Source of the DNA: Felis catus
Lineage: Eukaryota
Length of the DNA stretch: 64,000 bases
Assembly: GCF_018350175.1 (NCBI RefSeq)
Contig: NC_058368.1
Location: 3,472,001-3,536,000 of the forward strand
Reading direction: 5' to 3'
In this document: positions 36,433 to 48,629 of the stretch, piece by piece
How the letters are laid out: every line of letters begins with the position of its first letter
Numbering within the stretch: position 1 is the first letter of the stretch
The notes under the pieces: generated by a model
Database searches by the model: none
What the model was told of the DNA's origin: nothing
What the model saw: only the letters and a program-made list of their open reading frames with translations
Program-made: the position numbers and the translations under genes

Positions 36433-39400
36433 TAAATGTTAATGGACTAAATGCTCCAATCAAAAAACATAGGGTAACAGAATAAAGAAGAAAACAAGGC
36501 ACATCTATATGATGCTTACAAGAAACTCATTTTAGACCTAAAGACACTTGCAGATTAAAAGTAAAGGATGGAGAACCATCTATCACAGTAATGGTCATCA
36601 AAAGAAAGCTGGAGTAGCCATGCTTATATCAGACAAACTAGATTTTATTTTAAAACAAAGACAAGAGATGAAGAAGGGCATCATATCATAATTAAGGAGT
36701 CTATCCATCAAAAAGATTTACCAATTGTAAATATTTATACCCCCAAACTGAGAGCGCCCAAATATATAAATCAATTAAGCACAAACATAAAGAAATTCAT
36801 TGATAATAATACCATAATAGTAGGGGACTTCAACACCCCACTTACAACAATGGGCAGATCATGTAAGCAGAAAATCAACAAGAAAACAATGGCTTTGAAT
36901 GACATACCAGACCGGATGGACTTAACACATATTCAGAACATTTCATCCTAAAGCAACAGAATACACATTCTTCTCTAGTGTTCATGGAACATTCTCCAGA
37001 ATAGATCACATACTGGGTCACAAATTAGCCCTCAACAATTACAAAAAGTTCAAGATCATACCTTGCATATTTTCAGACCATAATGCTATGAAATTCAAAA
37101 TCAACCACAAGAAAAAAATTGGATAGACCATGGATACTTGGAGTTTAAAGAACATCTTACTAAAGAATTAATGGGTTAACCAAAAAAATTAAACAAGGAA
37201 TTAAAAAGTGTATGGAAGCCAATGAATATAAAAACATGATAGCCCAAAACTTCTGGGATGCAGGAAAGGCAGTCATAAGAGGGAAGTATATAGGAAGCCA
37301 GACCTTCCTAAAGTAGGAAGAAAGGTCTCAAATACATAACCTAACACTACACCAAAAAAAGCTGGACAAAGTATAGCAAATAAAGCCAAAAACCAGCAGA
37401 AAAAGGGAAATGATAAAGAGTAGGGCAGAAATCAATGATATTGAAACCAAACAACCCAGTAGAACAGATCAATGAAGCCAGGAGATGATTCTTTGAAAGA
37501 ATTAACTAGCCAGTATGATCAAAAAGAAAAAGGAAAGGACCCGAGTAAATAAAATCAAGAATGAAACAGAAAAATACAAACTATAATAAGATACTATTAT
37601 GAGCAATTATATGCCAACAAATTGGGCAATCTGGAAGAAATGGACAAATTTCTAGAAACATATAAACTACCAAAACTGAAACAGGAAGAAATAGAAAACT
37701 TGGACAGACCCGTGAACAGTAAAGAAACTGAATCAGTAATCAAAAATCTTCCAACAAACAAGAGTCCGGGACTGGATGACTTTCTGGGGGTATTCTTCTA
37801 AGTATTTAAAGAAGAGTTAACACCTTTTCTTTTGAAGCTGTTACAAAATATAGAAATGGAAGGAGAACTTCCAGACTCATTCTATGAGGACAGCATTACC
37901 TTAATTCCAAAACCAGACAGAGACCCCACTTAAAAGGAGAATTTTCCTGGTGAACATGGATGCAAAAATTCTGAACAAGATACTAACAAACAAGATCCAA
38001 CGATACATTAAAAGAATTATTTGCCGCAATCATGTGGGATTTATTCCTGGGATGCAGGGCTGGTTCATTATCCACAAATCAATCAGTATGATACATCACA
38101 TTGATAAAAGAAAGGACAAGAACCACATGGTCCTCTCAATAGATGCAGAAAAAGTATTTGACAAAATATAGCATCGTTTCTTGATAAAGTAGGAAAAGAA
38201 AAGTACTTAAAGTACTTAAAGAAAGTAGGTATAGAATGATCATATCTCAAGATGATAAAGGCCATATACAAAAGACCCACAGCTAATATCATCCTCAATG
38301 GGGAAAACTGAAAACTTTCTAAGGTCAGGAACATGACAAGGATGTCCACTCTCACCACTGTTATTCAACAGGATGTTGGAAGTCCCAGCCTCAGAAATTA
38401 GACAACACAAAGAAATAAAAGACGTCAAAATCTGCAAGGAGGAGGTCATTTCAGTCTTTGAAAATGATATGATATTCTATGTTGAAAACCCAAAAGACAC
38501 TACCAAAAAACTGCTAGAACTGATCCATGAATTCAGCAATTTGCAGGATTTAAAATCAATCCACAGATATTGGTTGCATTTCTAGATACAAATAATGAAG
38601 CAGCAGAAAGAGAAATCAAATACTTAATCCTATTTACAATTGCACCAAAACCCGTAAAATAACTAGGAATAAATCTAACCACACAGGTGAAAAAGCTATA
38701 CACTGAAAACTATAGAAAACTTACGAAAGAAATTGAAGAAGACACAAAGAAATGGAAAAAGATTCCACGCTCCTGGACTGGAAGAACAAACATTGTTAAA
38801 ATGTTGATACTACCCAAAGCAATCTGCACATTCAATACAATCCCTAGCAAAACAACACCAGCATTCTTCACAGAGCTAGAACAAACAATCTTAAAATTTG
38901 TGTGGAACCACAAAAGACCCCGAATAGCCAAAGCTGTAATAATCAAGACAGTATTGTACTGGCAGAAGAACAGACAATCAGGTCAATGGAACAGAATAGA
39001 GAACCCAGAAATAGACCCACAAATGTATGGCCAACTAATCTTTGACAAAACCAGAAAGAATATCCAATGGAGAAAAGATAGTCTCTTCGGCAAACGGTAT
39101 TGGGAAAACTGGACAGCAACATGCAGAAAAATGAAACTGGACCACTTTCTTACAACCTTACACAAAAATAAACTTGCAATGAATGAAAGACCTAAATGCA
39201 AGACAGGAAGCCATCAAAATTCTAGAGGGGAAAACAGGCAACAGCCTCTTTGACCTTGGCCACAGCAACTTCTTACTTGATACATCTCCAGAGGCGAGGG
39301 AAACAAAAGCCAAAATGAACTACTGGGACTTCATCATGATAAAACGCTTCTGCACAGTGAAGGAAACAATCAGCAAAACTAAATAGCAACCTGGAATGGG

Positions 39401-39859
39401 AAGAGATGTTTGCAAATGATATATCAGATAAAGGGTTAGTATCCAAAATCTATAAAAAAAAAACTTATCATACTCAACACCCAACCAAAAAATCCAGTGA
39501 AGAAATGGGCAAAAGACATGACTAGACAACTTTCCAAAGAAGACATCCAGATGGTTAACAGATACATGAAAAAATGCTCAATGTCACTCATCATCAGGGA
39601 AATACAAATCAAAACCACAATGAGATACCACCTGACACCTGTCAGAATGGTTAAAATTAACAACTTAGGCAACAACAGATGCTGGAGAGGAGGCAGAGAA
39701 AGAGGAACACTTTTGCACTGCTGGTGGAAATGCAAACTGGTGCAGCCACTCTGGAAAACAGTATGGAGGTTCCCCCAAAAATTAAAAATAGAACTACACT
39801 ATGACTCAGCAATTGCACTACTAGATATTCATCCAAATGGTACAAAAATGCTGATTCTA

Positions 39860-40640
39860 GCCTTCTCCCTAAACTACAGGGACCTTCACCTATTTCACTC
39901 TTCTTATTTCTTATTACTATATGCAACTTTAATATTTTTATGAACAATAAATAATTAAATTTGGTATGATGTTTTTAAATCATTATTCTTTGTTCACTAT
40001 TGCCTCTGACATTGCACACAATTTCAATTCTTTTTGCCAGCTTGTTTTCCTCTTGCTGTAGTACTTTTTAGTAAGTACGTGTCATTTTAAAATCTTACAA
40101 TTCTCTACATATCTTTATTCTGTGCCACTTGTTGAATGATAATATAGCTGGGTATAGAATGGAAGCTGATATTGTTTGTCTCTCAGTAATTTGAAAGCTA
40201 TCACTCCACTTCTTTCTGGCCTATATGGTTGATGTTGAGAAAACTATTAGAATAATTGCCATTCTTGCATAGGTAATTAGTTTAACTTTTTCCCCTTCTA
40301 TTTAGGTGTGGATTTTGTTTTTAAGTCCTGGGTGGAACTTAGAATGGATAATCAATCTAACACCTCTATACCTTTCTTCATCCTGAAAAATTCTCTACTC
40401 TTAGCCACTCTCTCTATAAATATTGCTTTTGGCCCATTTTCTCTGTTTTTTGTGCTCCTCTTTTCTTAAGTAGAAATCTATTTATCCTGGAGCTTCCTAA
40501 TATGTTTTCCACTTTACTGCTTTTTCATATTTTCAGAAAAATCTCTTTGTCTTTTTGGAACACATTCTCAGTAAATACCATAGTATTGTCTTTCAATTCT
40601 CTACTCCTTGGAATTGGGATGTTTTGGAAGTTGGATTTGT
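39860..40640 (-). mobile_element. Very old L1ME-like remnant (inter-ORF/ORF1 region)
   Basis: TTGAATGATAATATAGCTGGGTATAGAAT..CACTCCACTTCTTTCTGGCC..GATGTTGAGAA is typical of antisense old L1 ORF1. Confidence 0.65.
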
Positions 40641-40677
40641 AGGAAAATCTTGTCTAGGAGAATCTTCATTTCTCATT

Positions 40678-40759
40678 CTCTCTCTTGCTTGTGCTCTCTC
40701 TCTCTCTCCACACACACACACACACACACATGCACACACACACACACACATTCCTTGTA

Positions 40760-40789
<30 letters not shown>
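40678..40789. repeat. Compound (CT)n-(CA)n-(CA)n microsatellite
   Basis: Direct reading. It explains the HTHT/CVCV ORFs in the track. Confidence 0.97.
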
Positions 40790-40790
<1 letters not shown>

Positions 40791-41394
40791 TATTTCCTTA
40801 CCTTTCTGGAAATTGTAGTTGTATGCATCTCCCCCAGGAGCCCCACTTCTGAGTCCTGTCTTATGAAGGACTCCCGCATAGCCCCTACTCTGAAGTAACA
40901 CTGGGGACATAACACTGGGGACATATCCTGTCACTGTGGCGTCAGGCATCTTGTTTCAATTCCTAGACCCACAGGTTATCATAAACCATAAATTAGCATA
41001 CAGCATAGCCCCAGCCAACACAACCTACACTAAATTAAGGTAGCTAGATCAATAACTTCTTTCTTCATTCATTTAACCAAAGTGAACCACAGCTGTGTAG
41101 GTGTAATTGTGCCAGGAGGACCCTCCAACCCTTAACCAGGTAGCACTTGCCACCATATTTCTGCTAGCCTTTTACCAAGAACCTCCGCACGACTCCTGTT
41201 TTTTTTGTTTTTTTATTAAAGAAGTCACATTTTACTGGGGGAGAAAAACAATAAATAGATAGCTATGAAAATACAAATGTGAAAATGCAATGTTAGAGTC
41301 ATACACTACATTAAACCCAACTTGAGGGTAAGTTTGAGGAATGCTTAATGAAATGGCTGAAAATCACAATTCAGCATTGAAATTTCACTTCTTT

Positions 41395-41616
41395 TTTTTT
41401 TTAATTTTTTTTTCAACGTTTATTTATTTTTGGGACAGAGAGAGACAGAGCATGAACGGGGGAGGGGCAGAGAGAGAGGTAGACACAGAATTGGAAACAG
41501 GCTCCAGGCTCTGAGCCATCAGCCCAGAGCCCGACGCAGGGCTCAAACTCCCGGACCGCGAGATCGTGACCTGGCTGAAGTCGGACGCTTAACCAACTGC
41601 GCCACCCAGGCGCCCC
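41395..41616 (-). mobile_element. Young felid CanSINE (SINEC_Fc-type)
   Basis: Reverse of GGGGCGCCTGGGTGGCGCAGTTGGTTAAGCGTCCGACTTCAGCCAGGTCACGATCTCGCGGTCC, with many intact CpGs. Perfect TSD GAAATTTCACTTCTTT at 41379-41394 and 41617-41632. Confidence 0.98.
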
Positions 41617-42700
41617 GAAATTTCACTTCTTTATTGAAGTTTGTTATTTTCTCAAACAGATCCTTCAAACATAGGGAACAAAGAAGCTAAAGTAAATGAA
41701 AGCTAAAAGTTAAAAGCTTAAAGCTCAAATATTTATTATTCTGGCCACACACAGAAAAATGTTGCCAGTCCCTGCTATGGTGTAATAATAGTTGTGCCTC
41801 CTAGAAGCATTCTTCTGCAGTGACAATATGTTCTAAGCGTCCAAATGTGCTTGCACAGGTTTGTGCACACTCTTGTGTGAAACAAGAGACATGAAGAGAG
41901 GCACAGAAAACTTTGCACCTACCTTCGATCTGATTTCACATAATCCTGCACACGGAAAGTCAAACTTAAAAGGGACCTTAGAGGCGGCCTTAAATCTCCA
42001 AGAGCTGAGAGGTAGAATATACCCAAGTTAGTGGACGAGCCAACACCAGTTTTGATTCCCTTAAAACTTTAACACAGTAGAGTCAAAGTGTAAGGGATTC
42101 TAGAATGATCTAAAACTGACATTAAAGGCATTAGTTTTGGATGAAATAAAATAGCCACTCAAAGGATTAAGCACAGAGCCCGGAAATTGCCAGTTTTCAT
42201 ATGAATGTGTGAATAAATGCTCACTCAGGATCACTATGCTTTGCATTTCATTTAAAGAGCAAACTTAACGGCCAGTGTGTCTGGTCTGCAGCCTGCTTGG
42301 GGCACGTGTGTTGGAAAGATCACGAGGCAGAAGAATTCTTACCTGCAGATCATCAGGGCTTAGTTTACAACTTTGTTGAACTGCCCCAATGGACAACGAG
42401 ATTACCTCAGGTAAGTTTTTGCGATGTTGGGACAATAGCTTCCAAAGGTTTACGTGAAAGAAATATCCACAGTTTTTCCTTCTCCATTTTTAATAGGAGA
42501 TATTAAACTAGCTGAATACAAGAAAACATTGACCACGAAGCACGTCTCTTAGATTCACGCAGATTCTTTGAAGTGGCACCAAAAGGATGTTCTCGGGGGA
42601 ACGTGAGTTACCAGTTACAAAACTCGAATTGCCCCTTCTGTTAGCGAAGCATGGCTCTTTCTCACTGTATGTGCTCTGTGAAAAAGAAAAACAAAATCCC

Positions 42701-42915
42701 AGGGAGCCTGGACGACTCAGTCGGTTAAGCGTTTGACTGTTGGTTTTAGCTCAGGTCATGATCTCACAGTTTTGTGAGTTGGAGCCCCGCTTCGGGCTCT
42801 GTGCTCATAGCGCGGAGCCTGCTTGGGATTCTCTCTCTCCCTCTCTCCCCGCCCCTCCCCTGCTCACACTGTCTCTGTCTCTCTCAAAAATAAATAAATA
42901 AACTTAAAAGCAATT
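42701..42915 (+). mobile_element. CanSINE
   Basis: Head, (CT)n body and AATAAATAAA tail. Flanking AAATCCC repeat. Confidence 0.95.
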
Positions 42916-44288
42916 TTTTTTAAATCCCTGAACCCACAGGACAATGAACCTCAAACTTGTTTTATATAAACTTCGTCTCATTTCATTTTGAACTCATGTC
43001 CCTTCAGGGCCACATTCACAAACAAGGTATTATCACCTTACATTTTTATAGCTAAAATTTCACTTTTGTATCACGTCATGTTTTATATTGGTTACATTAA
43101 AACTCTGTCTTCTTAGATTAATTGCAGTTCATTGTAAGATCCGTCTTATCATCTTAGTTCCTATTTTTGATCAAAGTGGCTCATTCCAGATACATTCATC
43201 CTTTTGCTCAGGAAATGTCTTTTAAAGTGACATTGAATAATTCAATGCACCAAGCTCCCTTCAATATCTACAATGAGCAAAAATACATACTACTTCAATT
43301 AATGATTGCATTAACTTTACGTCTTTGTAAAAGCTAAGAGAGAATGCTGTACCCAAACACAGTGAACTTACCTTAACATAAAGAGAACGTCGCGGGTTGC
43401 ATTTTCCGCTATATCACACACAGCTCTGCAGACGCCAGGAAGAGGTGTCGTGGCAGCAAATGGAAATGGCAGTCCCCAGCGGCATTTTCTTTTCCTTTGT
43501 ACACACAGTAGGCAGGTGTCATGATTAGACTTGACAGCTTGAGTTTGGAACTCTAAAGGGAAAGCCAAAGGACACAGAGTCAGTGAGGTGGAAAGGAGAA
43601 ATGGAACTGAGGGTATATGGGAAGGGGCAGGGCCTGTGTGATATAACTTGGACGCATGCCAGGAACTACTGTCAGGGCTTGGGTCCAAGCAAAGCTGGCG
43701 ATGTTCTCTCTCCCCCCTGCCTGGACTCCTACGAGTTGAAAGGGAGACGTGAGTGTTAGTGTGCATACTGTTGTATTGGTACTCGAGGAGTTTGCCCGCT
43801 TGCTTTTTTGTTGTAATGACAACGATCAGGATCACCTACAGTGTGAGTTCTGGAACACAAGATTTATACACAGGAGGGACTGAAATTCAGAAGCTACATG
43901 CCACGTTTTCATTCGACTCTTATATGACACGTATAATAGTTCCTGATGGAATACAGAGACGGTGGGGGAAAAAATAGTTCACCCCGAATATTTAGGGCCT
44001 GATATTTTCTGAATTTAAAACGTTTCTAACACGGGAGACATTCAGCCTGAAAGCATACAAAAATTAAAGCAAATTATCCAGTGAGCTATGCTACAAACCG
44101 TGCAATTTAAATTTCATAAAAAATAAACACCTTTTTAAATGCATGGTTAGAAGACCTTTAACTTAACATAGATAGATCATAAAATCACATATATGTATAA
44201 ACTGTCCTTGTCAATCATTTGAGAACAAATAGGTTTATCTAATGGGAGAAAATAATGTAATAACTCCATGTATACAAACCAATATGTT

Positions 44289-44397
44289 ATTTTTAAATAT
44301 TATTTTAGAACATGTCAGTACTCATATTTTATTATTTTTTTAGTAATCTCTGCACCGAACCTGGGGCTCTCTTCCAGTGGAACCAGCCAGGCGCCCC
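44289..44397 (-). mobile_element. Short, internally deleted tRNA-derived CanSINE with an extended tail
   Basis: Reverse GGGGCGCCTGGCTGG..GAGCCCCAGGTTCGGTGCAGAGATTACTAAAAAAA. TSD ACAAACCAATATGTT at 44274-44288 and 44398-44412. Confidence 0.85.
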
Positions 44398-46189
44398 ACA
44401 AACCAATATGTTCTACAAACCAGTATGTTCTAATTGCCAAATATTGCCCTGGAAATTAGGATTTGCATTGGATATTCACTTTTGTTTAAAAAAATCATGC
44501 AATAATTTTACAAATAGGCATTTATTCGAAGTGAATACTTTTTGATATACAGGTGGGCTGTGGCAAAATCATAACTTCAGCATTGGAATCTGCAGAAACC
44601 AAAGGAAGATACAAAATAGCTCTTTTGAAAAGATTCACCTATGGCATCAACTTCCGACTGCTATGCCTTTCTCCTACTGACATCTATTTTCACCTGTAGA
44701 GAATCGTCTTAATAGCAAATATCTATGTTCCATGAAATTGATTAGCTGTTTTAACATGCAGTCATTTTTGACCCATTGATTGCTACCCTCCCAATGCTGA
44801 ATGTTACATACGGGGTCACCACCCAGTCATTTGTAGCCTGGTCATTCACAGCATCACCACACAGAAATTCATCATTACACCAACACAGCATCGCCAATCA
44901 TTGAAACATTGCCAGCCCACGCAGTCACTCCAGCCACACGGCATCGTCACTGTCCAGAACATCATCACACCATCAGGACATAACCACACGACCAAAATTT
45001 GTTTTTCAATCAATTCAGCAACGATATTTCAAGAAGACAGCGTGGGAAGAAATGTTTAGGGAACAATTGTGCGTGTTTCCTAAAATTGTAGACTGAGATA
45101 AATAAGTGATCTATTCTCTGAGCATTAGTAACATAGAAATCATGACCTGATACTTTAGATGCAGCCAATAAGAATGGGATATGCGAGGGGAATAGCAAGA
45201 CAGGATGTCAGATAATCAGAAAAGAACGCTGAAAGAAAAAGATGGACTCTCAGGGCCACTGCAAGAGCACGAACAGGAAACGATGTCAATTTCCTAATGT
45301 TTTTGGTCCAGGCACCCTAACATGCCTCCCCTTATAATTTAGATATCTTGCTGCTAAATCCCATCTCAGAGGCCACTTATTTGCCTGTGTTTTGTGAGTG
45401 GCCCCATCAGTCTACATCATACCACTGTTCAGGGTCATGGTCTTGTAATTACTTTAGTACCTGCTGAGGTTTTTCCCTAGATTTGCTCCAGCTGTTGAAA
45501 CCCACCAGCACCCTGGCACTACAGGCCCCATCCGGACATTGCAGAGCTAGCTTTCAGATTCAACAGGTGAATTTTTCAGAATCTATTCATTTTAAATATC
45601 GCTCTGCCCAGAAATTAGGTGCCCGTTATTTACGGTTTGTATTTGTCCATCAGGAATTTGAACAGGAAACCAATGAATCTACAAAGCTATAATAATGATT
45701 TTAATCTCTAATAAAAGTATATTTAAAGAAACTAAGAAACTATCATCAAATTAAGAATGCCTTTGAAAGGCATATACATTGTATATAACTTGCTAGAAAA
45801 ATTAAAAAATAATCAAGGCCTTATTATACTTAAACATACTCTTTACACTCTTTTCTTTGAGACGTTGATTTCACTAGAAAAACAAAACAAAACAAAACTG
45901 CTGGATTTGCATGAAAAAAACATTTCATGATTTTGCATGACCTGGAATGTTTCAGTCAGTAGGAAGCGAACAGTCTTAGAAACAGGTCACCAACGTTACT
46001 CCCTGAGTTTCTCTCTTTGCCTGATTCGAACATTACCCCACACCCTTCTGTTCTATCATCTGATGTAATATAGAAACCTAAAGCATATGCATAAACATGC
46101 CTCCAAAGAACGTTGAGGTAATTCCTTTCCCAGGGCTGAACTTGAGTTGTTTACTGGCCCGTGTTTATACACAGCCTGAACTGAGTCCT

Positions 46190-46490
46190 GACCCCTAATG
46201 GTAGGCTCTGTTCCCAGTTTCCAAACCACCCAGTGTTGAAAGTGCCCACTGAGGATGCAGTTGCTACATCATATGTTCTCTCCTGTCCAAACTACTTTAG
46301 TTTTAACATCACTAGCTATTCTAAGTCTAATGATTTCCCTTTATTTGTCTGCACATACATACATTTCACTGGGTCCTTCCTTGAACGTATCACCTCAAGG
46401 CACAAACTTGAGTCCTCACAAGTGTGGTGCCCAACACATAGTTAATATCTGTTCAGTAGCCAATGATTCACTGAATGAATTCACAGATAC
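46190..46490 (+). mobile_element. L2 3'-end fragment
   Basis: Ends GTGTGGTGCCCAACACATAGTTAATATCTGTT..CTGAATGAAT, the L2 terminus. Confidence 0.55.
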
Positions 46491-46680
46491 ACAGAATGGC
46501 CTGGAGCCATTTCCCCATTTGATGTATTCACTCATCATAAAATTTCCATGACAAACCATAGTCACTTGCCCACTTTGGGAATAGCAAACCCCTAAAAGCT
46601 GTGATTCTATATGGCTTAAATATAAGGTCATGTTGAGAATAAACTTTACTAGAGTGAAATTAAAGGACTGTTGAAATGTT

Positions 46681-46685
<5 letters not shown>

Positions 46686-46719
<34 letters not shown>
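46686..46719. repeat. (TA)n microsatellite
   Basis: About 17 TA units. Confidence 0.98.
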
Positions 46720-46721
<2 letters not shown>

Positions 46722-47239
46722 CCGTCATTATTTATGCAGTATTGCTTATAAGTCTAGAACTATCTATGGAAAAGAAATCTAACTCAGTAACAAGCCAAAT
46801 TGACTTGGCACTCTTAAGGTTAAAAGCAAAATTATTAATAAAAATGAGAAGCTGTTTGATTTCAGTATTCAGTTGTACTTCCTCATAACATACCAACACT
46901 CCTTCTTCGTTGAAAACTAAGATTCAGATATAAAGGCAGAGGTTTTTTTTATCATTTCGAACAACTGAAATGCTACAAATGAATGGGAGAACTGTAAACA
47001 GAAATAAAATAAAACACACCACTTTAATCAAGGCCATTTCCCTAGCAGTTCCTACTTGAGAAGATAAGATCGTTTGGCACTGCTTGGGAATAACACCTCT
47101 GTTAAGTAAAAGGGATGATATTAGTTTAGATGGCTCAGAGTTGCCTTGGGCACTTAAATAAATGCATTTGGGGATATATGTGTTCTTGGTACATTTGTTT
47201 ATCTAATATCTAAAACTTCCCTGTTTAAATAGAAAATGG

Positions 47240-47240
<1 letters not shown>

Positions 47241-47278
<38 letters not shown>
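47241..47278. repeat. (CA)n microsatellite
   Basis: About 19 CA units. Confidence 0.98.
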
Positions 47279-47279
<1 letters not shown>

Positions 47280-47694
47280 TTTCTTTTTATCTTGTAAGGC
47301 AGAAAAATGACATGTGAGACCCTGCCTTGAAACTGGTCAATGCAGAAGTGAATAAACACTCTTATCTTCAACGCTGTAATGGAGAGTCAATCCAGCATCG
47401 AGGTGCAAGGTGATATTCTCTCTGACACTGGAAATTATTCATCAGCGACACTCTTACATTTATAATTGTTTTCTGTGTTTAAAAGATTTCCAGTCAAGGT
47501 GTTAGCTAATCTATCTGACTGATTCGATAATGGAAGTGAATTTAATTACCTCTTCCCATCTTTGTCCTCAATCAACTCTACCGCTGCAAACAAAAATACT
47601 TAAATGTACGCTACCTCGTGAAAGCAAAAAGGAGAGGCTAAGATTTAAGAATTCACTCTCAAGTCTGAGAAATGGTCATAGTCTAGAGCAGCCT

Positions 47695-47965
47695 AATACA
47701 TATGATGACGGAATGTAACGTGGGATCTTGGGCAGGATCCCGGAGCAGAACATTTGGTAAAAACTAAGGAAATCTAAATAAACGAAGGGCATCAGTTAAT
47801 AATCATGTATCAATATTGGTTCATTAACTGTGACAAATGAACCACGGTAATATAAGATGTTAATGATGGGGAAAATGAGCATGGAATATATGGGAACACT
47901 GTATGATCTGCCCAACTTTTCTGTAAATTGAAATCTATTCTAAAATAGAAACTATTAAAAAAAAT
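47695..47965 (+). mobile_element. L1MC-type 3' terminus
   Basis: AATGTAACGTGGGATCTTGG..GTATCAATATTGGTTCATTAACTGTGACAAATG..AACTTTTCTGTAAAT..CTAAAATA plus an A tail. Confidence 0.85.
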
Positions 47966-48148
47966 GCTTGCTCTTGCTGATTGAATTATTTTGACCCAGA
48001 TGGAGTATTTTTAGGATGTTCTACTACATACACTATACTACTATACTATACGAATGTACTACATATATGATATCACTCTATTATGAGTTGCTAAACATAA
48101 AATAATTGATAACCAAATTTAGGAATTACACAAAAATAGTCTCTTCCA

Positions 48149-48262
48149 AGGGATCTTGGCTGGCTCAGTTGGTGGAGCATGTGAGTCTTGATCTCGGGGT
48201 TGTGAGTTGGAGCCCTGCATGTTAGAGAGATTACTTAAAAAATAAAATCTCTAAAAGAAAAG
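48149..48262 (+). mobile_element. Short tRNA-derived CanSINE (no CT tract)
   Basis: GGCTGGCTCAGTTGGTGGAGCATGTGAGTCTTGATCTCGGGGTTGTGAGTTGGAGCCC..AGAGATTACTTAAAA. TSD AGTCTCTTCCA at 48138-48148 and 48263-48273. Confidence 0.92.
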
Positions 48263-48584
48263 AGTCTCTTCCACTGTGGAAATAACTCATTTTTAATAGC
48301 ATTCCATGGTATTCAACAGTGGACAATGGGAGGGAATCACCATATTAAAGTAAAAGGGCAGTCCGTGGCAATGAAAAGTATATTGCTTACCAAGGTCATG
48401 CAGGGGCCAGGACTCCTTTTTAGGACACAGTGTGCTACCAGCTGCACAATTACAGGAATCGAAAGGACAGGAGTATTCTGCGCCTTTGATCAAATGATTC
48501 TATAAAATGATTCATTTCTAAAGTGTTCCTCTCACTTCCTAATAAATCTTTACCTGTAGCTATGGATGATAAAGATGAAAACAC

Positions 48585-48587
<3 letters not shown>

Positions 48588-48629
<42 letters not shown>
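48588..48629. repeat. (TG)n microsatellite
   Basis: About 20 units. Confidence 0.98.

Larger units (their letters stand above)
33508..39857 (+). mobile_element. Carnivore LINE-1, 5'-complete (5'UTR, ORF1, ORF2), inactivated and lacking the ORF2 end, 3'UTR and poly(A)
   Basis: The 5' end reads ..AATATGGCAGAGCAACATGGAG. ORF1 spans about 35147-36033 (MTR*RNSPQKKEQE.., with stops). ORF2 starts at about 36132 (..SYLSVLTLNVNGL) and includes [31 protein letters not shown] and [20 protein letters not shown]. Similarity stops abruptly at AAAATGCTGATTC. Confidence 0.97.

Noticed and set aside
37950..39943. ORFs with reverse transcriptase similarity as an active or domesticated gene
   Set aside because: They are fragments of one L1 ORF2 broken by stops, frameshifts, deletions and a SINE insertion.
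40555..40949. His/Thr- and Cys/Val-repeat ORFs
   Set aside because: They are translations of (CA)n/(TG)n microsatellites.
48149..48262. tRNA-Lys-like gene
   Set aside because: It has an A tail, a TSD and a degenerate acceptor stem, so it is a tRNA-derived SINE rather than a tRNA gene.
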